Source: Candidatus Nomurabacteria bacterium
Lineage (GTDB): Bacteria > Patescibacteriota > Minisyncoccia > Phycocordibacterales > UBA9973
Length of the DNA: 56,600 nt
Assembly: GCA_026395895.1 (NCBI GenBank)
Contig: JAPLXV010000003.1
Span: 1 to 56,600, forward strand
Reading direction: 5' to 3'
The translations under genes were made by a program, and so were the position numbers. This document shows positions 35,235 through 45,449 of this stretch, piece after piece (the first letter of the stretch is position 1; every line of letters starts with the position of its first letter). Below the pieces are notes generated by a model that saw only the letters and a list, made by a program, of their open reading frames with translations, searched no databases and was not told where the DNA came from.

Positions 35235-35516
35235 ATGTCAAGCTTTAAAAATATACAGAAATTATTTAAGAAATTAAGAGAAAAAACTATTTTAGGATGG
35301 ATAATCATTATTCTTCTTGGAATTATAATTCTTGGTACTTGGCCTATCTTAGTTTTTGTTTATGGAATTTATATTTTGTATTCCAATAAGATAGAAGACT
35401 CAAAAAAAATTGAGATATTAAAAGAATGTATTGGTTTAATATTATTATTGATAACCCTCGGAGTTATTTTTTGTCTTTCCAATCTTATTTTTGGTTCAAA
35501 TCCCATCAACTATTAA
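35235..35516 (+). CDS. Small membrane protein, unknown function
   Basis: 93 aa with three hydrophobic segments. Confidence 0.5.
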   Translation: MSSFKNIQKLFKKLREKTILGWIIIILLGIIILGTWPILVFVYGIYILYSNKIEDSKKIEILKECIGLILLLITLGVIFCLSNLIFGSNPINY

Positions 35517-35532
35517 TAATAAATCTATTTAT

Positions 35533-37323
35533 ATGAATTCACCAGTCGAACAAATTAAGGAGAGGCTTTCGATTGAAGAGATAGTCTCTTCCTACATAAA
35601 ACTAGAAAAAGCGGGCGCAAACTTTAAAGCCAAGTGTCCTTTTCACAATGAAAAGACACCTTCCTTTTTTGTCTCTCCAGACCGTGGCAGTTATTATTGT
35701 TTTGGTTGTGGAGCTAAGGGTGATATTTTCACTTTTATAGAAGAATTTGAAGGGCTTGATTTTAAGGGTGCATTAAAAATCTTGGCCGAACGTGCAGGAG
35801 TTTCGCTTGCGCAATACAGTAGAGAAAAAGAAGGAGAAAAGGAAAAATTATACAGAGCGATGGAAGAATCAACCAAATTTTTTGAAAAAAATTTAGAAGA
35901 GAACAAAAAAGCGCTAGAATATCTGAAGGCAAGAGGGTTAGAAGATAAAACTATTAAAGATTTTAGAATTGGATTTGTAAAAAATGATTGGCGTTTGCTT
36001 TACACTTATCTTAGAGATAAAAATTTTACAGATATAGAAATAGAAAAAGCTGGATTAATTAAATACCCCCACCCGGCCTCCCCCGAAGGAGGAGGAGGAG
36101 AATTACCCTCTCCTTTGGGGAGGGTTGGGAGGGGTTATGATAGATTTCGTGGGCGAATTATGTTTCCGATTTCAGATTCGAGTGGTCGCATCATCGCTTT
36201 TTCCGGCAGAATTTTTGAGGATGACCCTTCGACAAGCTCAGGGCAGGCGGTTAATCAGGCCAAATATTTAAACAGTCCAGATACCCCAATTTTCAGCAAA
36301 TCAGCCGTTTTATATGGATTAGACAAAGCTAAAGAATCAATCCGCAAAAATAATTTTTCTATTCTAGTTGAAGGACAAATGGATCTAGTTTTGTCTCACC
36401 AAGCAGGGTTTAGAAATACTGTAGCCACTTCTGGGACAGCTCTTTCAGATTCTACAGTTTCCAAAGAAAATGTTGTATCAAATTTAGGGCTATTACGTCG
36501 TCTTTCTGGGAATATTGTTTTGGCTTTTGATGCAGATCGCGCAGGATTTAATGCCTCTTCACGCGCAGGTAAAATTGCTCTTTCTTTTGGGATGGATGTA
36601 AAAGTAGTTTCTATGCCAGAGGGTATTGACCCAGCCGATTTAATTTCTAAAAGCGGAACGGACGCCTGGCGTACGGCTATTCGTAATTCAAAACATATCA
36701 TAGAGTTTTTATTGGATAAAGTTTTGGCTAGTCATAAAGATGATATGCGCAAAGCTGGGAGAGAAATAAGAGAAAAAGTATTGCCTTATGTTGATGCTGT
36801 TGAAAGTTCAATCGAGAAATCACATTTTATTAAGCTTATTAGTAATAAATCGGGGATAGCTGAAAATGCACTTCTAGAAGATTTAAAGAAAGTTCAATCC
36901 GAATTAAAGTCTGAAACGGAAGAAACAAAAATTGCTACAGAAAATGTGGAGAAAAGAATGAGAAAAGACCCGATTGAACGTAGACTTTTAGGTATAGCTT
37001 TTTGGCAAGAAAGTATTCAAAAGAAAACAATAGATCCAGAATTAATCTTTCAAAAATTAGATAAAGTGAAAGAAATTTATAAAAATATAAAAGAAGACTT
37101 AATTTATGAAGCGGAAGAATTTTATTTGGATAACGAAAATTTACAAAAAGATGTAAAGGAAATGCTATTGAATATAGAAGAAGAATATTTGAATGAAGAT
37201 TTGAATGAAAAAATGGTAGAATTAAAAGATTTTAAAGATAGAAAAGAAGAAGTAGAAATTTTAAAAAAGATAGACGAGATACATAAAAGAAAAGAAAAAA
37301 TTAAAAATAGAAGCGGTCGTTAA
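35533..37323 (+). CDS. dnaG: DNA primase DnaG
   Basis: Zinc-binding [14 protein letters not shown]....[11 protein letters not shown], a TOPRIM domain ([22 protein letters not shown]) and [11 protein letters not shown] at 35533 is preferred over the track start. Confidence 0.93.
   Translation: MNSPVEQIKERLSIEEIVSSYIKLEKAGANFKAKCPFHNEKTPSFFVSPDRGSYYCFGCGAKGDIFTFIEEFEGLDFKGALKILAERAGVSLAQYSREKEGEKEKLYRAMEESTKFFEKNLEENKKALEYLKARGLEDKTIKDFRIGFVKNDWRLLYTYLRDKNFTDIEIEKAGLIKYPHPASPEGGGGELPSPLGRVGRGYDRFRGRIMFPISDSSGRIIAFSGRIFEDDPSTSSGQAVNQAKYLNSPDTPIFSKSAVLYGLDKAKESIRKNNFSILVEGQMDLVLSHQAGFRNTVATSGTALSDSTVSKENVVSNLGLLRRLSGNIVLAFDADRAGFNASSRAGKIALSFGMDVKVVSMPEGIDPADLISKSGTDAWRTAIRNSKHIIEFLLDKVLASHKDDMRKAGREIREKVLPYVDAVESSIEKSHFIKLISNKSGIAENALLEDLKKVQSELKSETEETKIATENVEKRMRKDPIERRLLGIAFWQESIQKKTIDPELIFQKLDKVKEIYKNIKEDLIYEAEEFYLDNENLQKDVKEMLLNIEEEYLNEDLNEKMVELKDFKDRKEEVEILKKIDEIHKRKEKIKNRSGR
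36065..36135 (+). repeat. GC-rich palindromic module in frame in dnaG (family 3)
   Basis: CCTCC-CCCGAA-GGAGG (36077-36092), CCCTCTCC-TTT-GGGGAGGG (36106-36124), and outer ACCCC/GGGGT. It encodes [23 protein letters not shown]. Confidence 0.8.
36223..36248 (+). repeat. Second GC-rich module in frame in dnaG (family 4, GACCCTTCGA...CTCAGGGCA)
   Basis: GACCCTTCGACAAGCTCAGGGCAGGC compares with GACCCTTCGATTTCTCTCAGGGCAAGC at 51584-51610. It encodes DPSTSSGQA. Confidence 0.65.
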
Positions 37324-37334
37324 ATAAAAAACAC

Positions 37335-38540
37335 ATGAAAAAAAAAAACAAAAAAAAGAAAATAAGAAAAGCTAAGAAAAAAATTATAAAAAAATTAGCT
37401 CCAAAAAGAAAAAAAGTCAAAAAAGCTAAAAAAACCTTGAAAACTAAGGTTAAAAAACTAACGACAGCAGAGAAAAAAGCCGAAGGATTTGCTAAACTCT
37501 CAAATATCCTTATAGAAAAAGGACGAAAAAGGGGATTTGTGACTTATGACGAAATATTAAAAACATTTCCTGATATTGAAAACAATATTTTCTTTTTGGA
37601 TGAACTTTATGAAAAATTCGCAGTAGCTGGGATAGATGTATTAGAAGGTGGAAATTTACTCAATCTTGATAATGATATTACTGACAAAGATTTAAACAAA
37701 TCTACCATTCATGATTCTATTCAAATGTATTTGAAGGAAATAGGGCAATATTCACTTATTCATGCAGTGGACGAAAAAGATCTCGCTAAACGAATAGAGC
37801 TAGGAGATCCAGAGGCAAAAAATTTATTAGCTAGAGCCAATTTGCGTTTGGTAGTTTCCATTGCTAAAAAATATGTAGGTAGAAGTGCTAATTTAAGTCT
37901 CTTGGATTTAATTCAGGAGGGGAATTTAGGATTGTTTAAGGCGGTTGAAAAATTTGATTGGACTAAGGGATATAAATTTTCTACTTATGCGACTTGGTGG
38001 ATTCGCCAATCTATTACTCGTGCTTTAGCTGATCAGAGTCGCACCATTCGCATACCAGTGCATATGGTAGAAACTATTTCAAAATACAAACAAACTTATC
38101 GTAGACTTAGTCAGGATTTAGGCCGAGAACCTTTAGCCGAAGAAATAGCTACAGAAATGGGTATTCCGGTTGAAAAAATTCATGTGATTGAAAATATCAG
38201 TCAAGAAACTATTTCTCTAGAACAACCAGTAGGGGATGATGATGATAAATCAACTCTAGAAAACTTTATTCCAGATGATAAAATTTTGCGTCCAGATCAA
38301 GAATCTTCCAGGCGCATTTTGTCTGACCAGATTCGTGAAGTTTTAAATGAACTCAATCCAAAGGAATGTAAAATTCTAGAAATGCGTTATGGGTTAGTAG
38401 ATGGTATTCAACATACTCTTGAGAGAGTAGGAGAAGAGTTTGGTGTCACTCGTGAACGTATCCGCCAGATTGAAGCTAAAGTGCACGAAAAACTCCGCCA
38501 GCATGAAAAAATCGCTCGTCTTAAAAACTATTTTGATTAG
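37335..38540 (+). CDS. rpoD: RNA polymerase sigma factor RpoD (sigma-70) with lysine-rich N-terminus
   Basis: Region 2 ([37 protein letters not shown]), region 3, and region 4 ([23 protein letters not shown]). Confidence 0.96.
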   Translation: MKKKNKKKKIRKAKKKIIKKLAPKRKKVKKAKKTLKTKVKKLTTAEKKAEGFAKLSNILIEKGRKRGFVTYDEILKTFPDIENNIFFLDELYEKFAVAGIDVLEGGNLLNLDNDITDKDLNKSTIHDSIQMYLKEIGQYSLIHAVDEKDLAKRIELGDPEAKNLLARANLRLVVSIAKKYVGRSANLSLLDLIQEGNLGLFKAVEKFDWTKGYKFSTYATWWIRQSITRALADQSRTIRIPVHMVETISKYKQTYRRLSQDLGREPLAEEIATEMGIPVEKIHVIENISQETISLEQPVGDDDDKSTLENFIPDDKILRPDQESSRRILSDQIREVLNELNPKECKILEMRYGLVDGIQHTLERVGEEFGVTRERIRQIEAKVHEKLRQHEKIARLKNYFD

Positions 38541-38616
38541 ATAACTTGCTTTTTAAAATATGGTATAATCATAGTATTATTAAAGGTCATTTATAAATTA
38601 ATTTAACAAAATATTT

Positions 38617-38916
38617 ATGTGTAAAAATTGTTGTAAAGGGGGTTGCACTATGTCTATGATTGCTAAGATTTTAGTAATTGTAGGAGGAGTAAATTGGGGT
38701 CTAATAGGCTTAGGTATGCTTCTAGGTACAGTAGGGGGCTGGAATGTTCTCAATATGATTTTTGGTTCTGTGCCAGTACTTGAGGGAATAATTTATGTGC
38801 TTGTAGGTATTTCAGCTGTGATGATGATTTTTGGTTGTAAATGTGGTAAATGTATGAGTGGTGTTTGTGCTTCTTGTGCAGATCCAGACACAAACAAGGT
38901 AGGAGGAAGTATGTAA
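38617..38916 (+). CDS. DUF378-like membrane protein with Cys-rich N- and C-terminal extensions
   Basis: Core IAKILVIVGGVNWGLIGL...NMIFG...IIYVLVGISAV. Flanks MCKNCCKGGC and GCKCGKCMSGVCASC. Confidence 0.7.
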   Translation: MCKNCCKGGCTMSMIAKILVIVGGVNWGLIGLGMLLGTVGGWNVLNMIFGSVPVLEGIIYVLVGISAVMMIFGCKCGKCMSGVCASCADPDTNKVGGSM

Positions 38917-38964
38917 AGTAAGATTGCTTTTTCTTCTCAAAATGTTATATTACTGATATAGGAT

Positions 38965-40209
38965 ATGACTTCAATTTCAAATGTAGTCTTTTATATATTG
39001 ACCTTTTTATCTGTCTACGTGCAGGTGTTTTTTCTAATTACTTTTCTTGAAAACAGAAAAAGAATAATTACCAGAAACGGAACTACAAAACTTACAAAAT
39101 ATCCCAGAGTAACAATTATTGTTCCTTCTTGGAATGAAGAAAAAACAATTTATAAAACAGTGCGTTCATTACTTGATTTAAATTATCCGAAAGACAAGGT
39201 TCAGATCTTTTTAGTAGATGATGGATCTACTGATGGCACTTTGAATGCAATTTCAAAATTTTCTAAATATCCAAATATAAAAATTTTTCATAAAGAAAAT
39301 GGCGGAAAATATACCGCTCTCAATTTAGGACTAGAACATGTTCAGACTGATTTTTTGGGTTGTCTTGATGCTGATTCTACTGCGGACCCTGAGTCTCTTG
39401 TTCGTCTTATGAGTTATTTTGAAAAAGATTCCAGCATTATGGCAGTAGCGCCTTCTCTTATCGTTAATAATTCTAAAAATATTATTCAAGGCGCCCAGAA
39501 AGCGGAATATGATTTAGGTGTTTTTGTAAAAAAGATGCTTGGTTTTTTAGGAGCCATTCATGTCACCCCTGGTCCGTTGACCATTTTTCGTAAAAAAGTT
39601 TTTGATGATTTAGGCCCATATCGTCATGCCCATAATACAGAAGATATGGAAATCGCTTACAGAATGCAAAAAAATCTTTACAAAATAGAGCAATGTAATG
39701 ATGCCTATGTTTATACCAATACTCCTTCTTCAATTAGAAATCTTTTTAGACAAAGATTACGCTGGATTTATGGATTTATAAACAACACTATTGATTATAG
39801 AAGTATTCTTTTTAGAAAGAAGTATGGTAATTTTTCTATTTTTACAATACCTTCCAGTATTATTTCTGTTTTTGCTGTTAGTTTTCTTTTCGGGAAAATG
39901 GCCTATAGTTTTGGTAATTTTATATTTTCAAAAATTTTGGAATTTCAAGCTGTTGGTTTTAGTTTTTCTAGCAAAGTAAATTATCTTGATCCATTTTTCA
40001 TCAATACTCAGTCTCTTTCTTTTATTGTTATTTTGTTATTTGCTTTTATTATTTTGTCAATAATTTTAGGTAAAAAAATGGTTGAAGGAAAATGGAGGTT
40101 TTCTTTTAATATGATTTATTTTCTTTTTGTTTTTAGTATCATTGGTCCATTTTGGCTTTTGAAAGCAATGTATAATACTCTTTTATCAAGAAAGCCGGCT
40201 TGGAGGTAG
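38965..40209 (+). CDS. Family 2 glycosyltransferase, processive type (membrane-embedded)
   Basis: VTIIVPSWNEE, FLVDDGSTDGT, LDADS and the QRLRW motif (FRQRLRWIYG), with N- and C-terminal TM segments. Confidence 0.88.
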   Translation: MTSISNVVFYILTFLSVYVQVFFLITFLENRKRIITRNGTTKLTKYPRVTIIVPSWNEEKTIYKTVRSLLDLNYPKDKVQIFLVDDGSTDGTLNAISKFSKYPNIKIFHKENGGKYTALNLGLEHVQTDFLGCLDADSTADPESLVRLMSYFEKDSSIMAVAPSLIVNNSKNIIQGAQKAEYDLGVFVKKMLGFLGAIHVTPGPLTIFRKKVFDDLGPYRHAHNTEDMEIAYRMQKNLYKIEQCNDAYVYTNTPSSIRNLFRQRLRWIYGFINNTIDYRSILFRKKYGNFSIFTIPSSIISVFAVSFLFGKMAYSFGNFIFSKILEFQAVGFSFSSKVNYLDPFFINTQSLSFIVILLFAFIILSIILGKKMVEGKWRFSFNMIYFLFVFSIIGPFWLLKAMYNTLLSRKPAWR

Positions 40210-40246
40210 GGTAGTAGAAAGTTATAAAGTAATCAGGTTATAAAGT

Positions 40247-40942
40247 ATGGAACAAAATCATCCGATAGATTGGAAAAAATATTTAATTGTGTTTTTGTTT
40301 ACAGTGGCGCTTTTTATGACTGCCAGTTATGTTAGTAATTATTTTAGTAATAAAAAAGTTGATCAACTAAAAACGATTCAGGATTCTATCTCTATTGATA
40401 TTCTTTCTTCTGAAACTCAGTTTTCTTTACTTTCAGAACTTTCTTGCAAAAATATTTCTGATTCATCTGTTCTTTCTGGTGAACTTGCCGAGCTTGGAAA
40501 TAAGCTAGAATGGGGACAACAAAATTTAGGAATGACTGATACAGTTTTATATCTGAAAAAATATTATTCTCTTCTAGAGATAAAAGATTATCTTTTATCA
40601 AAAAATATTTCTACACGTTGTAAAACAAAGGCAGCTTTTATCCTTTATTTTTATACCACAGCCCAAAATTGTAGTGAATGTGAAAAACAGGGGCTAGCCC
40701 TTTCCGCTCTCAGAGATAAATACCCAGAACTTCGTGTTTATTCTTTTGATTACAGTATTGATCTTTCAGCTGTAAAATCGATGCTTCAAATATATAAAAT
40801 ACAGGACACAAAACTACCAGCTCTAGTTGTAGATGATAATGTACTAACTGGTTTTCATGGGGTAGATGAGCTTGAGACTATGGTCAAAAACTCTTTTAAG
40901 CTTTTAGAGACAACACCTAAAGAAATTCCCAAAAAATCATAA
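40247..40942 (+). CDS. Membrane-anchored protein with possible thioredoxin-like CxxC (CSEC)
   Basis: N-terminal TM (YLIVFLFTVALFMTASYV) and FILYFYTTAQNCSECEKQG. The product call is tentative. Confidence 0.55.
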   Translation: MEQNHPIDWKKYLIVFLFTVALFMTASYVSNYFSNKKVDQLKTIQDSISIDILSSETQFSLLSELSCKNISDSSVLSGELAELGNKLEWGQQNLGMTDTVLYLKKYYSLLEIKDYLLSKNISTRCKTKAAFILYFYTTAQNCSECEKQGLALSALRDKYPELRVYSFDYSIDLSAVKSMLQIYKIQDTKLPALVVDDNVLTGFHGVDELETMVKNSFKLLETTPKEIPKKS

Positions 40943-40957
40943 AGGGCAGAAAGCTAC

Positions 40958-40986
40958 TTGACTTATACCCCTAGGGGGTATATACT
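40958..40986 (+). promoter_or_regulatory. Sigma-70 promoter with embedded CsoR-type operator
   Basis: TTGACT 40958-40963, a 17 nt spacer TATACCCCTAGGGGGTA holding the inverted repeat TATACCCC/GGGGTATA, then TATACT 40981-40986. Confidence 0.7.
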
Positions 40987-40997
40987 AATCATTGTAT

Positions 40998-41402
40998 ATG
41001 AAATATTTACTTTCACTGGTTTTACTTGTTAGTTTTGTCGGGATAGCTATTTTTGGCTTCACTCTTTTTGCTCATGGGATGGATAGCTCTGACAATAATT
41101 GTATTACTTCTCCTATAGATGGAACAGCATGTCCAACTAGTATCGCTGCTATGACCTTGCATCACATCTCTTCTTTGCAAACCCTTTTAACATCAGTAAC
41201 CCCATCAATTTCTAACTGGCTTTTATTGCTTGCGTTTATACTTCTTATTTCGGTTTCAGTGTTTCAGTTATATAAAAATTTATTATTTCCAAAGCTAGAG
41301 CTGTTACGAAAACGCTTACATGATCTAGAAACTAATCTCTCATATAGTAAACAAAAAATTATCTCCTGGCTTTCTTTATTTGAGAATAGCCCTGCTTTCT
41401 AA
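40998..41402 (+). CDS. Membrane protein, unknown function (first gene after the CsoR-type operator)
   Basis: ATG at 40998 (the track uses TTG at 40992). Two TM segments and a C-terminal coiled segment. Confidence 0.6.
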   Translation: MKYLLSLVLLVSFVGIAIFGFTLFAHGMDSSDNNCITSPIDGTACPTSIAAMTLHHISSLQTLLTSVTPSISNWLLLLAFILLISVSVFQLYKNLLFPKLELLRKRLHDLETNLSYSKQKIISWLSLFENSPAF

Positions 41403-41501
41403 TATCGGCACGCATTAAGCGCAAGCTTTTTCGTGCTTTTTAATATCCTTTTTAAGGGTATTTTTACTAACTCTAATTAATAAATCTATGCAAAAAATTA
41501 T

Positions 41502-42368
41502 ATGGAAACACTTGTAGGAACATCATTAATAGCAGCGTTCGTGGCAGGAGTCGCTGCGCTCTTTGCTCCATGTTGCATCACAGTACTTCTCCCATCTTAC
41601 TTGGGGAATATATTCAGAGAAAAATACAAAATATTCTTTATGACCTTTGTATTTTTCTTGGGAGTGGCGACAGTTTTCTTGCCAATCGGATTAGGGGCAT
41701 CTTTCTTAGCTCAAGCATTTAGCAAATATCACAACATAATATTTACCGTTGGGGGAATCTTCTTACTTGTGCTTGGAATAACAATGCTTTTTGGCAAAAA
41801 GTTTTCTACTCCGACATCTGTTCGTGACGGAATGAAAAAGCACGTTTCATCAATCTATGTTCTTGGTATCTTCTCTGCGATAGCTACTACTTGTTGCGCG
41901 CCAGTATTGGCTGGAGTGCTGACACTATCTGTAGCAAGTGGAACAATTGCTTGGGGGTTACTCTATACCCTAGCTTATGTCATAGGTATGACCTTGCCGT
42001 TGTTTATAATTGCGGCGTTTCTCGACAAATTTAATCTAACCGAAAAATTCACTGGAATAAAGAAAACTATCCCAATGAAAATTGGAGGTTTCAGTTGGCA
42101 GATTACTATTTCAGAGTTAATCTCTGGATTAATCTTTCTTTTGATGGGTGGTTATATAACCTTCCTGGCCTTCAGTAATAAGTTATTTGTCCATTCGGAT
42201 TATCAATTAGAAATGAATCTGTGGAATGCCAAATTCTTGGGAGCAATAAATGGCTTTACGTCTTTGATTCCCGAATACATCTGGGCATTTCTACTTATCG
42301 GAATAGTCGTAGGTATATCTTACTTATTTATTAAACAATATAAAAAACAAAAATATGAGCAAAAATAA
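41502..42368 (+). CDS. DsbD/CcdA-like transmembrane thiol-disulfide (or metal) transfer protein
   Basis: Polytopic, with two membrane-embedded CC motifs (FAPCCITVLLP and ATTCCAPVLAG). Confidence 0.65.
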   Translation: METLVGTSLIAAFVAGVAALFAPCCITVLLPSYLGNIFREKYKIFFMTFVFFLGVATVFLPIGLGASFLAQAFSKYHNIIFTVGGIFLLVLGITMLFGKKFSTPTSVRDGMKKHVSSIYVLGIFSAIATTCCAPVLAGVLTLSVASGTIAWGLLYTLAYVIGMTLPLFIIAAFLDKFNLTEKFTGIKKTIPMKIGGFSWQITISELISGLIFLLMGGYITFLAFSNKLFVHSDYQLEMNLWNAKFLGAINGFTSLIPEYIWAFLLIGIVVGISYLFIKQYKKQKYEQK

Positions 42369-43020
42369 TAACAATGAAAAATCACCGATAGTGTCAATTA
42401 TTATAGTTTCGGTTGTGGTTTTGGGTCTAGGATATTTCTTGTTTAAGAGTTCTCCTGATAATTCACAAGCAAAGCAAAATGTTGTTAATAACACAAATGC
42501 AAATGTAGACAATATGCATGGCGGTGGAGCAGTTGCTAATAGTGAGGGATTAAACGCTCTTGTGGAAAAACCAATACCAGATATTCAGCTGTCAGACAAA
42601 GATGGAAAAATATATACAACCTCAGACTTCAAAGGAAAAAACACAGTTCTGTTCTTTAACGAGGGCTTGATGTGCTATCCGGCTTGTTGGAATCAAATGG
42701 CGTCATTCGGCAGCGATCCAAGGTTTAATAGCGATCAAATTCAAGCTATATCAGTCGTAGTTGACTCTCCGAGAGATTGGCAGACAGCTATAGCTAAAAT
42801 GCCACAGCTTGCGAAAGCAAACACAATGTTTGATACAAATGCCAATACTTCAAGGCAGATGGGTATGTTGACTACAGCTTCCTCAATGCATCGAGGATCA
42901 TTGCCAGGACATACTTACGTGATAATAAATAAAGAAGGTGTAGTTAAATATGTGTTTGATGATCCAAACATGGCGATAGCGAACGATATGCTTTTTAAAA
43001 GAATCGGTGAATTACAATAA
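42355..43020 (+). CDS. Membrane-anchored redoxin / AhpC-TSA-like thioredoxin-fold protein
   Basis: N-terminal TM, then LSDKDGKIYTTSDFKGKNTVLFFNEGLMCYPACWNQM. Confidence 0.7.
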   Translation: MSKNNNNEKSPIVSIIIVSVVVLGLGYFLFKSSPDNSQAKQNVVNNTNANVDNMHGGGAVANSEGLNALVEKPIPDIQLSDKDGKIYTTSDFKGKNTVLFFNEGLMCYPACWNQMASFGSDPRFNSDQIQAISVVVDSPRDWQTAIAKMPQLAKANTMFDTNANTSRQMGMLTTASSMHRGSLPGHTYVIINKEGVVKYVFDDPNMAIANDMLFKRIGELQ

Positions 43021-43032
43021 TAAATCAAAAAT

Positions 43033-43950
43033 ATGGAAAACAAAAATGAAGTAAAAGAAGAAATAAAAAAGGAAAACAATCTGCCTCCAATAACAAGTAT
43101 TATCATTGTAATAGCTTTAATTATCGGAGCTGTCGTTTACACAACACTATTAAAGAATCAGGGAGAGTTAGGAAATTCACATCCTGCAAAATTAAGCGCC
43201 GAACAACAAAGGGAAATTTCACAAAACGGCATAGAGTTGCCTGTGAAATGGGGAAACTTGGGAGTACAAATGACAGAAGCGGGTGTGATTGATAAAGTAC
43301 AGTTTGAAAATCTATACAGCCAAAGAGGTGGCTTAAGTGAAGCAGATAAAAAGTTGCTTGAGAGTGTTGATAATGGGAATCTTGTAATTAACTCCGAAAA
43401 TTCTGGAGTAATCTTAAATATGCTTTGGGCTTTAGGATTGGGAAATAAAAATCCTGTGCTTGAAAATGGTCCGATGATGGACCCTAAGTATGGAGGGGCT
43501 GGAAATTTTGCCTCGACTGGTGGATGGACATTGGCAAATGGTAAAGCGATGTCTCACTACAGCATGCACAAATTCATAACCTTGACGGCAGAACAACAAG
43601 CATTAGTGGAAAAAATCGCTAAAAATATTTACCGACCTTGTTGTGGAAACTCAACATATTTTCCGGATTGCAATCACGGCATGGCTATGCTCGGATTATT
43701 GGAACTCATGGCTTCACAAGGAGTGTCTGAAGCAGATATGTATAAAGTTGCGTTACAAGTAAATACCTTCTGGTTCCCTGATCAATACGCGGCGATTAAA
43801 ACCTTCGTGACCTCTCAAGGTGTTGATTGGAATACTGTTGATCCAAATAAAATTCTGGGAGCTGAATATTCCTCTGCTGCTGGCATTCAAAAAGTAATGT
43901 CGCAAGTAAAACCACAAGAACAGAAGGGCGGAGCAGGTTGCGGAGCTTAA
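43033..43950 (+). CDS. Membrane-anchored Cys-rich protein, unknown function
   Basis: N-terminal TM, RPCCGNSTYFPDCNHGMAM motif, and a C-terminal GGAGCGA. Confidence 0.6.
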   Translation: MENKNEVKEEIKKENNLPPITSIIIVIALIIGAVVYTTLLKNQGELGNSHPAKLSAEQQREISQNGIELPVKWGNLGVQMTEAGVIDKVQFENLYSQRGGLSEADKKLLESVDNGNLVINSENSGVILNMLWALGLGNKNPVLENGPMMDPKYGGAGNFASTGGWTLANGKAMSHYSMHKFITLTAEQQALVEKIAKNIYRPCCGNSTYFPDCNHGMAMLGLLELMASQGVSEADMYKVALQVNTFWFPDQYAAIKTFVTSQGVDWNTVDPNKILGAEYSSAAGIQKVMSQVKPQEQKGGAGCGA

Positions 43951-43975
43951 ATTATTATTAATTAACATCAATATT

Positions 43976-44506
43976 ATGAAAACGGAAAACAAGGTGTTTA
44001 TAGGCATTGGCTTGTTAACGCTGATTATCATAATCGGTGGTGTTTGGTTATCTAATAAAGAAGAAGTTCAAAATCAGGAGAAGCTGAGCAAGCCCATGAT
44101 GGGTGAAAAGATTCCTGATATGGGAGGTGAACATGTGGCTCGTGGAGCTACACATTCGGCATACAATTCAAATCCTCCAACTTCAGGCCCTCATTGGGCT
44201 GATGTAGCAGGACCTGGAATTAAGGATGAACCTATACCTGACGAGCTTGTTCTTCATAGCATGGAACATGGAGCAGTAGTAATTTGGTATAAAGAAGGGT
44301 TAGAACAAAGTCGAGTAAATAGAATAAAAGAAGTATTTAATCATTTTCTTGGAAAGAAAATAATGTTGCCTCGTAAGGATCTAGATGTGCCAGTTGCGCT
44401 AACGTCATGGGGCTATCTCTTAAAATTAAATACTGTTGATGAACAGGCAATGATAGAATTTATGCAAACTAACAGCGACAGAGGACCAGAACAGGCGCCA
44501 ATTTAA
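43976..44506 (+). CDS. DUF3105-like protein
   Basis: N-terminal TM, YNSNPPTSGPHW and LVLHSMEHGAVVIWY, as in DUF3105. Confidence 0.75.
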   Translation: MKTENKVFIGIGLLTLIIIIGGVWLSNKEEVQNQEKLSKPMMGEKIPDMGGEHVARGATHSAYNSNPPTSGPHWADVAGPGIKDEPIPDELVLHSMEHGAVVIWYKEGLEQSRVNRIKEVFNHFLGKKIMLPRKDLDVPVALTSWGYLLKLNTVDEQAMIEFMQTNSDRGPEQAPI

Positions 44507-44510
44507 GAAT

Positions 44511-44539
44511 TTGACAAATAGGGGGTGGGGGTATAGAGT
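44511..44539 (+). promoter_or_regulatory. Candidate promoter with G-tract operator-like spacer upstream of the csoR-family gene
   Basis: TTGACA 44511-44516, 17 nt spacer AATAGGGGGTGGGGGTA, TAGAGT 44534-44539. Confidence 0.5.
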
Positions 44540-44579
44540 ATAGGTAAGGTCGAGCTTATACATTAACTTATAGAAACTT

Positions 44580-44852
44580 ATGTTAGATCAAAAATTAAAA
44601 AATAAAGCGCTCCACCGAGCAAAAATTATACACGGTCAGCTTGGCGGATTAATAAAGGCAATTGAAGAAGAAAAGTATTGTATTAATTTGATAACACAAT
44701 CTCGATCAATACAGCTTTCTTTAAAGAGCATGGACAGATTGCTTCTCGCCAATCATCTTAGTGGTCATGTAAAACATATGCTCAATGACACCAAACAGGA
44801 ATCTAAGGCGATTAAAGAACTGGTCGACTTGTACGCGTTATCAAATAAATAA
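44580..44852 (+). CDS. CsoR/RcnR-family metal-sensing transcriptional repressor
   Basis: RAKIIHGQLGGLIKAIEEEKYCINLITQSRSIQLSL...LLLANHLSGHV is the DUF156 fold pattern, with Cys, His and His at the ligand positions. Confidence 0.85.
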   Translation: MLDQKLKNKALHRAKIIHGQLGGLIKAIEEEKYCINLITQSRSIQLSLKSMDRLLLANHLSGHVKHMLNDTKQESKAIKELVDLYALSNK

Positions 44853-44863
44853 AATAAATTATT

Positions 44864-45100
44864 ATGTACGGGATATATAATGGATGGGGTGTAGGTAATA
44901 TGATGGGTTGGTTTGGAGGTGGAATCATGATGATTTTGTTTTGGGCGGCAGTTATTTATTTCATTGTTTGGTTTATTCGCAATAATAAAGCAAACGGAGT
45001 GGATGATAAAAAAGCTCTAGATATTCTGAAAGAGAGATACGCCAAGGGTGAAATAGATAAAAAAGAATTCGAGGAAAAGAAAAAAGATTTAATTTCTTAG
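44864..45100 (+). CDS. SHOCT-domain small membrane protein
   Basis: N-terminal TM and C-terminal LDILKERYAKGEIDKKEFEEKKKDL. Confidence 0.75.
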   Translation: MYGIYNGWGVGNMMGWFGGGIMMILFWAAVIYFIVWFIRNNKANGVDDKKALDILKERYAKGEIDKKEFEEKKKDLIS

Positions 45101-45142
45101 AAAACATAAGTTTAATAAAAAATAATAATTAAGTAATATATT

Positions 45143-45418
45143 ATGCACGATCATAATAATGGAAAAGGTAATAATAGCATGCTGTGGATGATGCTCCCAT
45201 GTATTCTTTTGATAGTGGTTGTACTTTTTGGTGGAGGAAAATTAGTTGCATCAAATTATCTCTGGTTGGTTATTCTCGGTGTCTGCGTAGTTCCTCATCT
45301 TTGGATGATGTTTAAAGGAGGACATGGTGGACATAATGATAATACTGAAAATAAAATGGATGATATCCAAACAAAAAATGAAAATGATAAATCTAAACAT
45401 AGTGGTGGTTGTCACTAA
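45143..45418 (+). CDS. DUF2933-like small membrane protein with His/Cys-rich tail
   Basis: MLWMMLPCILLIVV...CVVPHLWMMFKGGHGGH, ending in KHSGGCH. Confidence 0.7.
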   Translation: MHDHNNGKGNNSMLWMMLPCILLIVVVLFGGGKLVASNYLWLVILGVCVVPHLWMMFKGGHGGHNDNTENKMDDIQTKNENDKSKHSGGCH

Positions 45419-45449
45419 AAATTAACAATTAATTAAAACACATAAATTT

